The notes beneath the pieces are model-generated. The model was not told the DNA's origin and made no database searches. It worked only from the letters and a program-made list of their open reading frames with translations. DNA of 64,000 bases from Candidatus Bathyarchaeia archaeon (GTDB lineage: Archaea > Thermoproteota > Bathyarchaeia > 40CM-2-53-6), in assembly GCA_049517415.1 (NCBI GenBank), contig JBEKSC010000001.1, forward strand, positions 1-64,000. The letters are read 5' to 3'. Below are positions 8,803 through 18,613 of this stretch, in pieces. Each line of letters opens with the position of its first letter. The stretch's first letter is position 1. The position numbers were made by a program, and so were the translations under genes.

Positions 8803-11142
8803 TCAAGTGAAGTTTGCGGTTTCAGTTATCGCCGAGTTCGTCGTGATCGTTGGTGAACTGCTAGTCCCAGAATAGCTTCCGCTTCCGGTGCCTTTCCAGG
8901 ATTTGAATGTGTGACCGGAGCCCGCGGTGGCTGTGATTGTAAACTTCTGTCCTGCGTTATACCATCCGCTGGACGGAACTAACCCGAACCCTGACGGACT
9001 CACACTCAGAGTTAGTAGATACTGTTTCTGGAAGGTGGCTGTGTAGGTGGTTGGAGAACTTGGAACGGTTACTATATGTGATTGGGTACCTCCGCCACTC
9101 CATGCGGTGAAAACGTATTGGCAACCAGCACCGCAGGACACGGGTGAAGCCGCTGCGATTGTATGCGTCGACCCGATCACCCAAGTGAAGGTCTGCGGGG
9201 TTTTCACTGCGACGCTATCGACGACCACGTACCCTGAACCTGTTGGGTTTGAGGTAACCGTGATGATGACTCCGAGGGTTGCTGTTTCAGTAATCTGCGC
9301 GTTCATTGTGATTGTTGCTGAACTACTGGTACCCGCATAGCTGCCTGCTCCGCTTCCAGTCCATGAGAGGAATTTGTAGCCAGTTTTCGCCGCAGCCCCA
9401 ATCGTCACCTTCTGCCCTGCATTATACCAGCCGCTGCTGCTAGGCGTAGTAGACCCTGCCCCGGAGGGGATCACTTGCATCGTCAAGTAGAATTGGTGCT
9501 GATACTTGAAAGCAAGCGTGCTGCTGCCAGCTATCGTTCCACTGGTCGCCTGAGTAGTGAACCATCTCTCACCCGCACCGGAGCCTGATAGCGGATTCGG
9601 GGTAACAGACCAGCTACTTCCAAAATCGGCCGCCACGCCAACAGGTGTGGTCGTCAAGGCCAGACTTTCCGGAATGCCCCCTGCGACGTAGTTGAAGTTG
9701 GGCGCTGACGGGGTGCCTCCGCCAACAATCGCATAACTCACAGTCAAGGTTACCAGTTTCGGAATGAAAGTAGCCTTCAACGTTACCGCATTATTGGGCA
9801 TAGAAAACTTGCAAGGATTGGCTGAACATGAGATTCCCGTTTGAGTCGACCAAGTTGAGAATTGCCATCCAGAGGAGGGTGTGGCTGTAACTGTGACCGA
9901 AGAACCAACAGCCTCCGAACAACCAGAAGGACAATTAGGCGAAACAGAACCCGACCCAGAAGAAACGCCAGTCGTCAAAGTCTGCTTGTTAGTTGTTGCT
10001 CCGTTGCTCTCAGTGAAGACTATTTGGCCATTGCTGTATGAAAAGCAGGAGCCTAAATTGAGATTGTTAGTCTCCCCGGTATACCCTGTATTCACGCATG
10101 ATGGTACAATCACGTTCCCATTAGGATCGCTCAAAGTATTCGAGACATTAATCGATGTCCCGGAATTGAATTGTGCTTGTGAACCACCGCCGTAGCCGAA
10201 GACATTGAATTCAGCATCCTTCCAATTCTTGTACAGATTCAGGACCTGGTCCGTGATCGAAACACTGTAACAATTTCCCCCAGAGATACAGAGCTTGACC
10301 TCGTCATATCCTGAGTTGCCAAAATTGGCATAACCCCCTAGGCTCAGGCTAGAAAGGTTCGTAGGTGCCTCCAATGGAGTGATAGCACCAAGACTATTAG
10401 CATAACAGTCCCCCGAATATGACATCCAAGAGCTCCCGCCCGGAGGCCCAGTGCTTGGGCAACTGGATCCATAGCCGAGTAGCCAATACTGAATGAATAC
10501 TCCTGTAAAATACTGTCCACTAGGGTCAGTCACAAACACGAATTGCTCCCAACCTGTGGTTGACTTGCCCCCGGTGTAAGTTGTACTGGTGGTGAAAGTC
10601 TGAGAGTTGACTTGGAGACCAAAGGCATGGGCTCCCTGACCATGACCACACGAAGAAAAGAATGGCGCCACACATACATCAGTTTCGCTCGTCAATCCGC
10701 TAACCTGAAACGATCCAACTGAACTACTGATGAACTTGCTGGATGGCGCCTGTGCAACCTCATCATTTCCATTGCCCATTGTTGACGGTAGTGATGGTAG
10801 TAACGGCAGTAAGGGCGCGGTCCCGCACTGATTCGGTTGCCAAACGGTACTCGGATACGTGGCCTTAAAGCATCCAGCCCGCGGCGCGTGAATATGGAAC
10901 ATAGATCTTGTCCAATTGGCGAATTGCATAGGCCTGGTTGATTCGTTGAATGTTGTTGTTGATTCGTTGAAGGATGATGCATTTAGCAAGCCTGCACTTG
11001 CAGTCGGACCCGACGCCTTCGTTGGGGCCTTTATCAAGGATTGTGACGAAAGTGGCACTGATTGAATATTCTGGATCAGTAAGACTGTGCTCAATAGCAC
11101 AAGAGTAAGAAGGTGCCGTGTATTCAACCTGAACGCATGCAA
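8803..11142 (-). CDS. Secreted protein: thermopsin-like N-terminal domain plus InlB-B/Flg_new-like repeats
   Basis: Signal peptide; LQVNS, WEQF and DAEFNVFG motifs; repeated GWYNAGQK.TI.A...F.SW.G.G.GSY.GT units. Confidence 0.7.
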   Translation of the reverse strand: MHAFRLNTRHLLTLVLLSTVLLIQNIQSVPLSSQSLIKAPTKASGPTASAGLLNASSFNESTTTFNESTRPMQFANWTRSMFHIHAPRAGCFKATYPSTVWQPNQCGTAPLLPLLPSLPSTMGNGNDEVAQAPSSKFISSSVGSFQVSGLTSETDVCVAPFFSSCGHGQGAHAFGLQVNSQTFTTSTTYTGGKSTTGWEQFVFVTDPSGQYFTGVFIQYWLLGYGSSCPSTGPPGGSSWMSYSGDCYANSLGAITPLEAPTNLSSLSLGGYANFGNSGYDEVKLCISGGNCYSVSITDQVLNLYKNWKDAEFNVFGYGGGSQAQFNSGTSINVSNTLSDPNGNVIVPSCVNTGYTGETNNLNLGSCFSYSNGQIVFTESNGATTNKQTLTTGVSSGSGSVSPNCPSGCSEAVGSSVTVTATPSSGWQFSTWSTQTGISCSANPCKFSMPNNAVTLKATFIPKLVTLTVSYAIVGGGTPSAPNFNYVAGGIPESLALTTTPVGVAADFGSSWSVTPNPLSGSGAGERWFTTQATSGTIAGSSTLAFKYQHQFYLTMQVIPSGAGSTTPSSSGWYNAGQKVTIGAAAKTGYKFLSWTGSGAGSYAGTSSSATITMNAQITETATLGVIITVTSNPTGSGYVVVDSVAVKTPQTFTWVIGSTHTIAAASPVSCGAGCQYVFTAWSGGGTQSHIVTVPSSPTTYTATFQKQYLLTLSVSPSGFGLVPSSGWYNAGQKFTITATAGSGHTFKSWKGTGSGSYSGTSSSPTITTNSAITETANFT

Positions 11143-11352
11143 GTCTTTGTCTCCCCTCCTATAGCAAATTGCCTCGCGAATGAGCTCCCGTCGCTTCGGT
11201 TAGAGCTTCAATATGCTAGTGTTACTCGTATTTTAGAGTTAGAGAACTCGCATATTAGAGCTCTAGAGAAAGAAATCGCATATGGGGTTCTGTGTGTGGT
11301 TAACCAGGCTCCGAGCATAGAACTTTATGCATAGTAATGACAAGGCGATCGT

Positions 11353-11853
11353 ATGTTACACAATAACGGAAAACGGGCAACGGCCATCTTGCTGCTCGTT
11401 ATCTGTGTGGCTGGGGCCAGCGCGATAGTCACTAGCTCACTCGAAAGCCGTTTTATCGACCAACCGACCGTAACCGAAACGAGGACGATTAACCTCTCAA
11501 GCGTCCCGTTCAACTCCTCTCTATACTTAAGTTCTGAAGTAGGTTCCTGTAGAGGACCGTCAGGGTTTACGCCTTGTTTTGGTGGTAACTTCAGTCAGGC
11601 AGAAGTATTCAACTGTGTGACCGCGGCTTCGTTGCCGTCGGGGTGCACACAGCGTGTGGTGAGTTCATCAAACTCACAAAATAGTTATCAAATAACTATT
11701 TGGTATCCCTATGTCGGTCATAGCAACGAGTCGTTGTGGGCTAACTGCATTTATACGGATAGTGGCGACCCTGGACAGCATTATAGTGCATTCTGCGTCT
11801 CAATAAGCTCGACAGCATTCATCGTTAGTGAACCAGCCCCCCCGCCACTATGA
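11353..11853 (+). CDS. Exported Cys-containing hypothetical protein
   Basis: N-terminal hydrophobic helix; six Cys in the mature part. Confidence 0.65.
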   Translation: MLHNNGKRATAILLLVICVAGASAIVTSSLESRFIDQPTVTETRTINLSSVPFNSSLYLSSEVGSCRGPSGFTPCFGGNFSQAEVFNCVTAASLPSGCTQRVVSSSNSQNSYQITIWYPYVGHSNESLWANCIYTDSGDPGQHYSAFCVSISSTAFIVSEPAPPPL

Positions 11854-12182
11854 TGAGTAGGACTACGAGATTTAGTAACGGAAAAACCGGCAGTTTCGCG
11901 ACGCTCCTAGGACATTTAGAAATGGCGATTACTTACAGACCGACGACGCGAAGTTCTGCAGCTGACAGAATGTCGTTTGCGAACGCCGGTATGTGTGGGT
12001 GGGCGGCCGTTGATCTTGCGGGTGGAAGGAAATTTATTGCGATTATGCAGTGTCGGCTCTTTGCAGAGGATTCTTTCACGTTGCTGTGTGGGTTCTCGAC
12101 GTATGACGAGGTTCGGTAGATGATTCATCCATGCGGGTTATATACTGGGCTGGGTAGTTGCCTAACTACGGTGTGTAGTTAA

Positions 12183-12479
12183 TTGGTCGGTAATGATAAG
12201 CAGACGATGTATGCGTACGTAGTGACTGTGGTTGGCGTGGTTCTTGCGGCCATAACCACGGCGTACAATGCGTTTCGTTCGTACATGTTCAGCCAAATGC
12301 GCCGCGCTTCCTTCAATCCAGGAAACGTCACGGGAAGTCAGAATTTTACGAGGTTTCGCCAGTTCGGAAACGTGAACCCGTACGGCGGCATCGTTGGCGG
12401 CGTTATGATCGTGGCCGTGGTCATCGCCATCATCGGCGTGGTTTGGCTCGGTCTATGCCTTCGCAAGTCTAAGCCCTAG
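12183..12479 (+). CDS. Two-TM hypothetical membrane protein
   Basis: Two hydrophobic helices; TATA-like TTATATA upstream. Confidence 0.7.
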   Translation: MVGNDKQTMYAYVVTVVGVVLAAITTAYNAFRSYMFSQMRRASFNPGNVTGSQNFTRFRQFGNVNPYGGIVGGVMIVAVVIAIIGVVWLGLCLRKSKP

Positions 12480-12561
12480 GGCGCTTAGGCTTTTGATAGT
12501 CAGAGGATTTCTTTAAGAACTAGAAATTATATTCCGTACGGCATAGAGGTAGAGATGGAGA

Positions 12562-12705
12562 ATGCAGTCACTAATCCTTGAAGACTGCCAACACACACGC
12601 GTGCACGAGATCGGGGAAGACTTCGACAAGGAAGGAAGGCTCCTCAAGCTCGTAAGATGCGCCAAGTGCGGCCTTCTAATGCGCGAATACATCCCGAACC
12701 TCTAG
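12562..12705 (+). CDS. 47-aa zinc-ribbon microprotein
   Basis: Hand translation MQSLILEDCQHTRVHEIGEDFDKEGRLLKLVRCAKCGLLMREYIPNL; CxH...CxxC. Confidence 0.65.
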   Translation: MQSLILEDCQHTRVHEIGEDFDKEGRLLKLVRCAKCGLLMREYIPNL

Positions 12706-12713
12706 GGTAACAG

Positions 12714-12970
12714 GGCCGCAGGATTGTCCGGTGTCTGACACCCAATCATTGAATGTGTACGGCCAATACATTCGCACACGACGATGCGCATCGTTTCCAA
12801 GGTACTTGTACCCTCGCCAACCCTCCTGCAGCCATCTCCACCACCGTTAAGGACGAGTAACATAGTTTGCTCCAAAATTGGAGACACCCCCCCGGCTCGA
12901 CAAAAGCTATCGTTCGCAAGGGAGAGGGTGGATCCACCCATTGAGGGGTGGTGCCAAACGGTGCCAAACG
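12714..12970. repeat. Cluster of palindromes/hairpins and a 10-bp tandem repeat
   Basis: Closing helix 12714-23/12824-33; ACGATGCGCATCGT, GGGTGGATCCACCC, GGTGTC-T-GACACC; GTGCCAAACG x2. Confidence 0.6.
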
Positions 12971-13075
12971 AAGCTAGCCCGCGCCTCATTTTAAGCCTAG
13001 ATCCACTCATGCGGCGGGGTTTGCAGGGCCGAAGCGATCTACAATCCCAGATAACCCTAGGCGGGTCGAAGAGCC

Positions 13076-14464
13076 TTAGGCGGGTATCTTGGTTCCTGGG
13101 TTCAGTATCCCGTCAGGGTCGAATAGTTTCTTTACGTTTTTCATGAGTTCGAGCTCTTTCCTCGTCATTAGCGATTCGAGCTTCTTCGTCCTTATCTTCC
13201 CGATTCCGTGTTCACCCGTTATGACGCCCCCAGCTCTCGTCGCAATCCCGTAAATTTCGTTCCTCAGGTCCTCCACGTACTTTGTGCCCTCGCCTTCCTT
13301 CTTCATGATGTGGACGTGTAGATTACCATCCGCTGCATGGCCAAAGACTTCGAGCAGGGCCGCCCGCCTTGTCGCAACATCTTCTATCTCTCCCATCACT
13401 TGCTCTAACTCCGCAGTGGGCACTGTTATGTCCAAAAGGTCCATCGTTTCGCTCTTCAAGGCGAAGTAGATGTCACTTCTTATTCTGAGAATATTGTCTT
13501 GGTCACTCTTTGATTCTGCAACAAATGTTTCGTAAGTCGTGTTCTCTTTGCATATTTCGGCTACCTTGAGGCTTTCTGAGAGAGCTTGATCTCTATTGGG
13601 TTCAGCCATCATTATGATTAAGTGGCTTCTACCCGTCTTTACCGGCCAATTTGCGTTTAGGCGTTTTGCCGTTCTCTCCACTAAGTCTCTCTCGACATAT
13701 TCTACGGCGAGCGGAGTGCTTGAACGCAGTATCTTTGGGACGCTTGATAGTACATCGTGTCGATTGTTGTAGGGCACGATGAGGGTCAGTGTTGCTCCAG
13801 GCTTGGGGTAGAGTCGGAGGATTACTTTGGTGATTACTGCAAGGGTTCCTTCACTACCTATAATGAGCTGCATAAGGTCGTAGCCTACGTTGTTCTTATG
13901 GATCCGCCCTCCAAGGTTCAATATTTCTCCAGTCGGAAGCACGACTTCCATTCCCATAACCTGATTTCTCATCACTCCATGTCTCACGGCTCGGGATCCT
14001 CCAGCATTTGTTGCCACGAGCCCGCCCACCTGTGCGTTTTCGTCGCCCGGGTGTGGTGGAAAAGATAGGTCGACTTCTTCCGCTGCGTTCGCAAGCCCTC
14101 CGAGGGTCACGCCGGCTTCTGCAACCGTCAGGAGGTTTGCTTCGTCTATCTCGATTCTGTTCATCCTCTCCATTGAGAGAATTATCCCGTCCCTCGTCGG
14201 GACGGCGCCGCCTACGAGACCAGTGCCGCCTCCTCTAGGGAAAACCGTCACCCGGCTTTTGCTCGCAAGTCGTAGCACTGAGGAGACCTGTTGAGTATCC
14301 CCCGGTCTTATCAAGACAAGATCGCTGGCTGGCTTTGGCCTCACTGAGGGAGGAGTTTCGTCAGCTAGGTAATTTTGCATTTGTTCAATGTTGGTTGAAA
14401 TGTAGGGCTTCCCTACGACTCTCCCGAACTCCTCTACGAGAATTTCATCCATTCTCTGACCCAC
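13076..14464 (-). CDS. FAD-linked oxidase, GlcD / D-lactate dehydrogenase family
   Basis: PRGGGTGLVGG, GSEGTL, GHAADGNLH, GEHGIG. Confidence 0.92.
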   Translation of the reverse strand: MGQRMDEILVEEFGRVVGKPYISTNIEQMQNYLADETPPSVRPKPASDLVLIRPGDTQQVSSVLRLASKSRVTVFPRGGGTGLVGGAVPTRDGIILSMERMNRIEIDEANLLTVAEAGVTLGGLANAAEEVDLSFPPHPGDENAQVGGLVATNAGGSRAVRHGVMRNQVMGMEVVLPTGEILNLGGRIHKNNVGYDLMQLIIGSEGTLAVITKVILRLYPKPGATLTLIVPYNNRHDVLSSVPKILRSSTPLAVEYVERDLVERTAKRLNANWPVKTGRSHLIIMMAEPNRDQALSESLKVAEICKENTTYETFVAESKSDQDNILRIRSDIYFALKSETMDLLDITVPTAELEQVMGEIEDVATRRAALLEVFGHAADGNLHVHIMKKEGEGTKYVEDLRNEIYGIATRAGGVITGEHGIGKIRTKKLESLMTRKELELMKNVKKLFDPDGILNPGTKIPA

Positions 14465-14504
14465 ACCGCGTGCTAATACATGAATTCGGTTGAACGCCTA
14501 GGCG

Positions 14505-14981
14505 CTATTGATTTTCGTAGTTCATGACGTTGTCTTCGATCACAGCCATTTCGACACCAGCATTCTCGAAGAGCTTTCTGGTTTCTTGGGCGGCGTGGTA
14601 TCTCTTTCTAGCAACTACTCTCTTGATTCCAGCGCCTACTGTGATCATAGCGCATGCATAGCAGGGTTCGAATTTCGAGTATAGCGTTGCTCCCTCTACT
14701 GGTATTCCGAATTTTGCGGCTTGGATTAGGGCATTGGCTTCGGCGTGAATGGTTCTGACGCAATGTTGGCTTATGTTATCGTCTTCATCAACGACTCTTC
14801 TCATCATATGCCCCGCTTCGTCACAATGCGGTTGGCCTGGGGGAGACCCAGCATAGCCAGTCGACAGAATTCTTCGGTCTTTCACGATCAATGCGCCCGC
14901 TTTCCCTCTGTCACACGTTGACCTTTCAGATACGGTATCCACGATTTTTAGGAAGTATTCGTCCCAGCTCGGGCGAGTCAT
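14505..14981 (-). CDS. dCMP deaminase (ComEB family)
   Basis: RPSWDEYF, HAEANA, PCYAC. Confidence 0.92.
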   Translation of the reverse strand: MTRPSWDEYFLKIVDTVSERSTCDRGKAGALIVKDRRILSTGYAGSPPGQPHCDEAGHMMRRVVDEDDNISQHCVRTIHAEANALIQAAKFGIPVEGATLYSKFEPCYACAMITVGAGIKRVVARKRYHAAQETRKLFENAGVEMAVIEDNVMNYENQ

Positions 14982-15064
14982 AGGTTGTCAGTATGCTTAG
15001 AGGAGATTTAAGGACCCGCAAAGCTTTTTCTGGCCAGTGGCCTGCCTACCCTTGGCCCTAACCA

Positions 15065-15763
15065 TTGACGAAGAAGCTCTTCTGGGATGATGCATACCTC
15101 AAGGAATTTGATGCGAAAATCCTGTCTGTTGATGGCAATCAAGTAGTGCTCGACCAGACCGCGTTTAATCCTCGTGGAGGAGGACTGGTTGGAGATATTG
15201 GGACCTTGGGTAATGTGAAGGTCCTTGACACGGTCAAGGGAGCTAACGATTCCATTGTACACATGGTCGAATCGACCGCTGGTTTGGGTATGGGAAGTAG
15301 TGTGCATGGAAATCTTGACTGGGGCAGGCGGCATAGGATAATGAGGATGCACACTTCCGCCCACCTCCTAAGCTCTATATTCAACAAAGAAACCGGCGCC
15401 CTGATCACTGGGAACCAAATAGAACCCGACAAGTCGAGGATAGATTTCAGCCTAGAGAACTTCGATAGAGAAAAAATCCTACTGCTCTGCAAGCAGGCTA
15501 ACGAAGCTATTGCGAAGAACCCGCCGGTCAAAACGTATTTCATGCAACGGGAAGAGGCAATGAAGATTCCGGGTATCATAAAACTCGCAGCCGCTAGCCC
15601 ACCCGACGTCAAGGAACTCCGCATCGTAGAAATCGAAGGATACGATATCCAAGCCGACGGCGGTGTCCACGTGAAAGAGCTTGGGGAAATAGCTAAGATA
15701 GAACCCTTGAAATTCGAAAACAAAGGCAAAAGCAACAGAAGGCTCTACTTCACGATCCCATGA
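15065..15763 (+). CDS. alaXM: Alanyl-tRNA editing protein AlaX-M
   Basis: HTSAH, RIDF and QADGGVH Zn motifs. Confidence 0.92.
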   Translation: MTKKLFWDDAYLKEFDAKILSVDGNQVVLDQTAFNPRGGGLVGDIGTLGNVKVLDTVKGANDSIVHMVESTAGLGMGSSVHGNLDWGRRHRIMRMHTSAHLLSSIFNKETGALITGNQIEPDKSRIDFSLENFDREKILLLCKQANEAIAKNPPVKTYFMQREEAMKIPGIIKLAAASPPDVKELRIVEIEGYDIQADGGVHVKELGEIAKIEPLKFENKGKSNRRLYFTIP

Positions 15764-15807
15764 ATCAGAAAACGCTATAGAACAAACTTTCATGGGGACG
15801 AGAATCG

Positions 15808-16944
15808 ATGACGGAACCACCTCCAAAACCCGACCGAGCGATTCACCCATTTCACACTTACGACATGATCTTCGAAATACCCGAAGCCATCAGACAGACG
15901 CTTCAAACGATGAACGATAAAGCTCAGCCTATAACGAGAAAGCTCGCGGATAGGAGCCGCATCTATTTCACGGGATGTGGAACCGCCTTCTTCGCTTCAA
16001 TGCTAGGTTCACAGGTCCTCTCGCCGTCAAGAGGGGCCAGCGTCCGGTTCGCGTCGGTCCCCGCGCTCGAGCTTCAAAGCTATGGCTATCCAATCGACAA
16101 CACGTGTGCCGTAGTTGGGCTCTCCCATAGCGGTATCACGAAGACAACCGTCGATGCATTGAAGCATGCTAGGGGAAAGGGAGCGCTCACTATCGGCGTG
16201 ACACATTTCGAGGGCAGACCCATCTCAGGCGCCTCGGACGAGACACTGGTTGTGGGAAACGGACCTGACATATCACGATGCCACACGAAGTGCTATGTGG
16301 CGTCCGCCGTAGCGTGTATGCGAATTGGCATTGAATTACTGAAACGTTCCGAAGGTTGCGAACCAGATCGCTTGCATAGACTTGAAGCAGGTCTGAATCA
16401 GCTGCCCGAGATTGCGGCGCGGGTGCTCAACTCTGTGGATGGGCTTTGCAAGCGGCTGGCGGAAGGACGGCGCAGCTCTGATAGTTGTTACTTTGCAGGT
16501 ACAGGGCCTAACGTTCCCAACACGCTTGAAGCCGCCCTGAAAATTATGGAAACAAGTTTCATTTCTGCACAAGGGTTTGAAACTGAACAATTGCTGCACG
16601 GCCCCTGGGTGTCAATGGACGATAAGAGCACCCTCGTAGTCTTGGCTCCGAATGGCATGTGTCACGGGCGCAATGTAGACCTAGTGAAGGCAGCAAAGGA
16701 ATTCGGGACACCCGTCATCGGTTTGATTGATGATGAGGACACTGAGCTGCGTTCTCTCTGCGATGAGGCCGTTCAACTTCCCGCGGTAGACGAATACCTA
16801 TCGCCGTTCACCAACATTATTCCGCTCTACCTCTTTGCCTACTATTCGAGCGTGGCGCGGGGGTTCAACCCTGACCTGTTGAGATATTCGACACCGGCTT
16901 ACTGGCGTGGAAGGCAAGTAATTTTCCCGCCAGGCACCCACTAG
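15808..16944 (+). CDS. Double-SIS domain sugar-phosphate isomerase/deglycase (GlmS-C / FrlB-like)
   Basis: GCGT, SHSG.T, EAALKIME, HGP. Confidence 0.88.
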   Translation: MTEPPPKPDRAIHPFHTYDMIFEIPEAIRQTLQTMNDKAQPITRKLADRSRIYFTGCGTAFFASMLGSQVLSPSRGASVRFASVPALELQSYGYPIDNTCAVVGLSHSGITKTTVDALKHARGKGALTIGVTHFEGRPISGASDETLVVGNGPDISRCHTKCYVASAVACMRIGIELLKRSEGCEPDRLHRLEAGLNQLPEIAARVLNSVDGLCKRLAEGRRSSDSCYFAGTGPNVPNTLEAALKIMETSFISAQGFETEQLLHGPWVSMDDKSTLVVLAPNGMCHGRNVDLVKAAKEFGTPVIGLIDDEDTELRSLCDEAVQLPAVDEYLSPFTNIIPLYLFAYYSSVARGFNPDLLRYSTPAYWRGRQVIFPPGTH

Positions 16945-17016
16945 AATTAGTTAGAGGTTAATGAAAAAAGAAGTAAGAAGAAAGGAAAGGGTTTCGCGGG
17001 TTCGTTCGCCAAGAGA

Positions 17017-17223
17017 TTACTTGACGACTTCTCCAGTTGCGAAACGTGGACCAACAGTGTTGATCTTTACCTTCACCTTATCGCCAGGTTTGGTTTGTGG
17101 GACAAAGACTACGAAACCTTCGATCCTAGCAACTCCGTCACCGCGACGGCTAGTCTCTTTGATCTCAACTTCGTATTCCTTCCCTTCCTCGACTGGCTTG
17201 TTGAAGGAACGTTCAAAGCTCAT
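17017..17223 (-). CDS. Single TRAM-domain RNA chaperone
   Basis: KPVEEGKEYEVEI...GDGVARIEGFVVFVP; GAGGTG upstream. Confidence 0.93.
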   Translation of the reverse strand: MSFERSFNKPVEEGKEYEVEIKETSRRGDGVARIEGFVVFVPQTKPGDKVKVKINTVGPRFATGEVVK

Positions 17224-17398
17224 TCGTTTCACCTCGACTTTTCGTTCAGCTAGTTCGTCGGGAGAAAACTCGCGCGTCGGAACGATTGGTTACGTATAAG
17301 ACGATCGGCTTCAGCCCGTACACATAGCTTGCCCCTATAGCCTCCTCGGCACCTAATAACGCTACCTCAAAAACCGGAAATCCAGTTCGACAGCGATA

Positions 17399-17722
17399 TT
17401 ATTTGTGGCGGCGGTTTCTCCCATCCCTCGTATCAGCCCGCTGCCAGTCCCTCTTCCTTTGAGTCTCAATTCTTGTCCGACCGGATCTGAAGGATGGCTG
17501 ATCTCTGCGGTATTCCTGGATTTGACCGTAGAAATCTTGGTAACCGTCCTCATTGCCTGCGAGGGACGAAATCAATTCGTTAAGTTTCAATCGAGTGGCG
17601 TCTGAAGAATTCTCGTCCCACGTTCGGGAATAAACGCCGTAGGCGAGGTGGAATTTGAAATCATTCGGCCTGTCAATTTCCAATTTAGACGGGCTTTTCT
17701 TCTCGGGGCTGCTCTCCGCCAT
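17399..17722 (-). CDS. Hypothetical protein with basic C-terminus
   Basis: 107-aa ATG ORF with TATA-like sequence upstream. Confidence 0.6.
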   Translation of the reverse strand: MAESSPEKKSPSKLEIDRPNDFKFHLAYGVYSRTWDENSSDATRLKLNELISSLAGNEDGYQDFYGQIQEYRRDQPSFRSGRTRIETQRKRDWQRADTRDGRNRRHK

Positions 17723-17958
17723 CTGTGCTCTAGGTTTGGGAATGCATTAACATCCTATTTAATTCGCCTCGACTGCACATTCGTTCCTCCAAAACTATGA
17801 CTTCTTACTGTTCTTACGAACTGTGAGAATTGAAAAATCACTCAAGTGTTCCAAGTTTGAATCAGTCGGTTCACGCAGGAAGGCTTTTATTCGTTGGAAG
17901 TCGTGTCGCCGTTGCTACAACACTTCCAGCATACTTTCATCACGGAGGTGAACAACGC

Positions 17959-18297
17959 TTGACAGAAAAGCCAGTTACGCCAGTTGCGCCAGTTACGCAA
18001 AGAGCCCCTTCCACCAGAGGCAACATTCCAATGAATACGGTCCTAATCGGCCAGAAACCGATGATGGCTTACGCAACCGCTATTGTTATGCAAATCAACA
18101 GTGGTTCCAAGGAACTTTCCGTTAAGGCACGAGGCCGCGTCATTTCTAAAGCAGTCGACGTAGTCGAAGTCTGCCGAAGACGCTTCTTCGACGGAAAGTT
18201 GGAGATAAAGGACGTAAACATAGGAACCGAAGTGCTAGGTGAAGAGGGCCAAACGAGAAATGTTTCCACGATCGAGATTAAGCTAACAAAGAAGTAG
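17959..18297 (+). CDS. albA: DNA/RNA-binding protein Alba
   Basis: IGQKP.M.Y, KARGRVISKAVDV, NVSTIEI; GGAGGTG before TTG. Confidence 0.95.
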   Translation: MTEKPVTPVAPVTQRAPSTRGNIPMNTVLIGQKPMMAYATAIVMQINSGSKELSVKARGRVISKAVDVVEVCRRRFFDGKLEIKDVNIGTEVLGEEGQTRNVSTIEIKLTKK

Positions 18298-18333
18298 CCT
18301 AAACTCGACGGTTCGTGGATGAACCTCATCACT

Positions 18334-18356
18334 ATTTTTCTTTATTTTTTTCTTCC
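18334..18356 (+). terminator. Oligo-T terminator after alba
   Basis: T-rich tract ATTTTTCTTTATTTTTTTCTTCC downstream of the stop codon. Confidence 0.6.
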
Positions 18357-18613
18357 TGATTATCGGCGTGGGCAAGCGTGAAGGGATTTGTTCGAACATG
18401 CTTCACTTGTTACCTTTGCATCCGATCGAATCCCCAAAGCGGGTTTTCGACAGTGCGGCTTTCTCTTTCATCGCTTGTTCGTATTCGGTATTATTGACTC
18501 AAAGTTCTTCAAAACAGAGAACTTTCCTCAATTCCTTGATCGAAAACTATTCTATTCATACGGAGCCTATTCCCGGCCCTGCGAATGAAAGAACAGGCAG
18601 AGGGGCCGGGTTC

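Noticed and set aside
13013..13023. 11-nt match to the tRNA-Thr T arm (CAAACCCCGCC) as a possible attR
   Set aside because: Short, inverted rather than direct, and no integrase is present.
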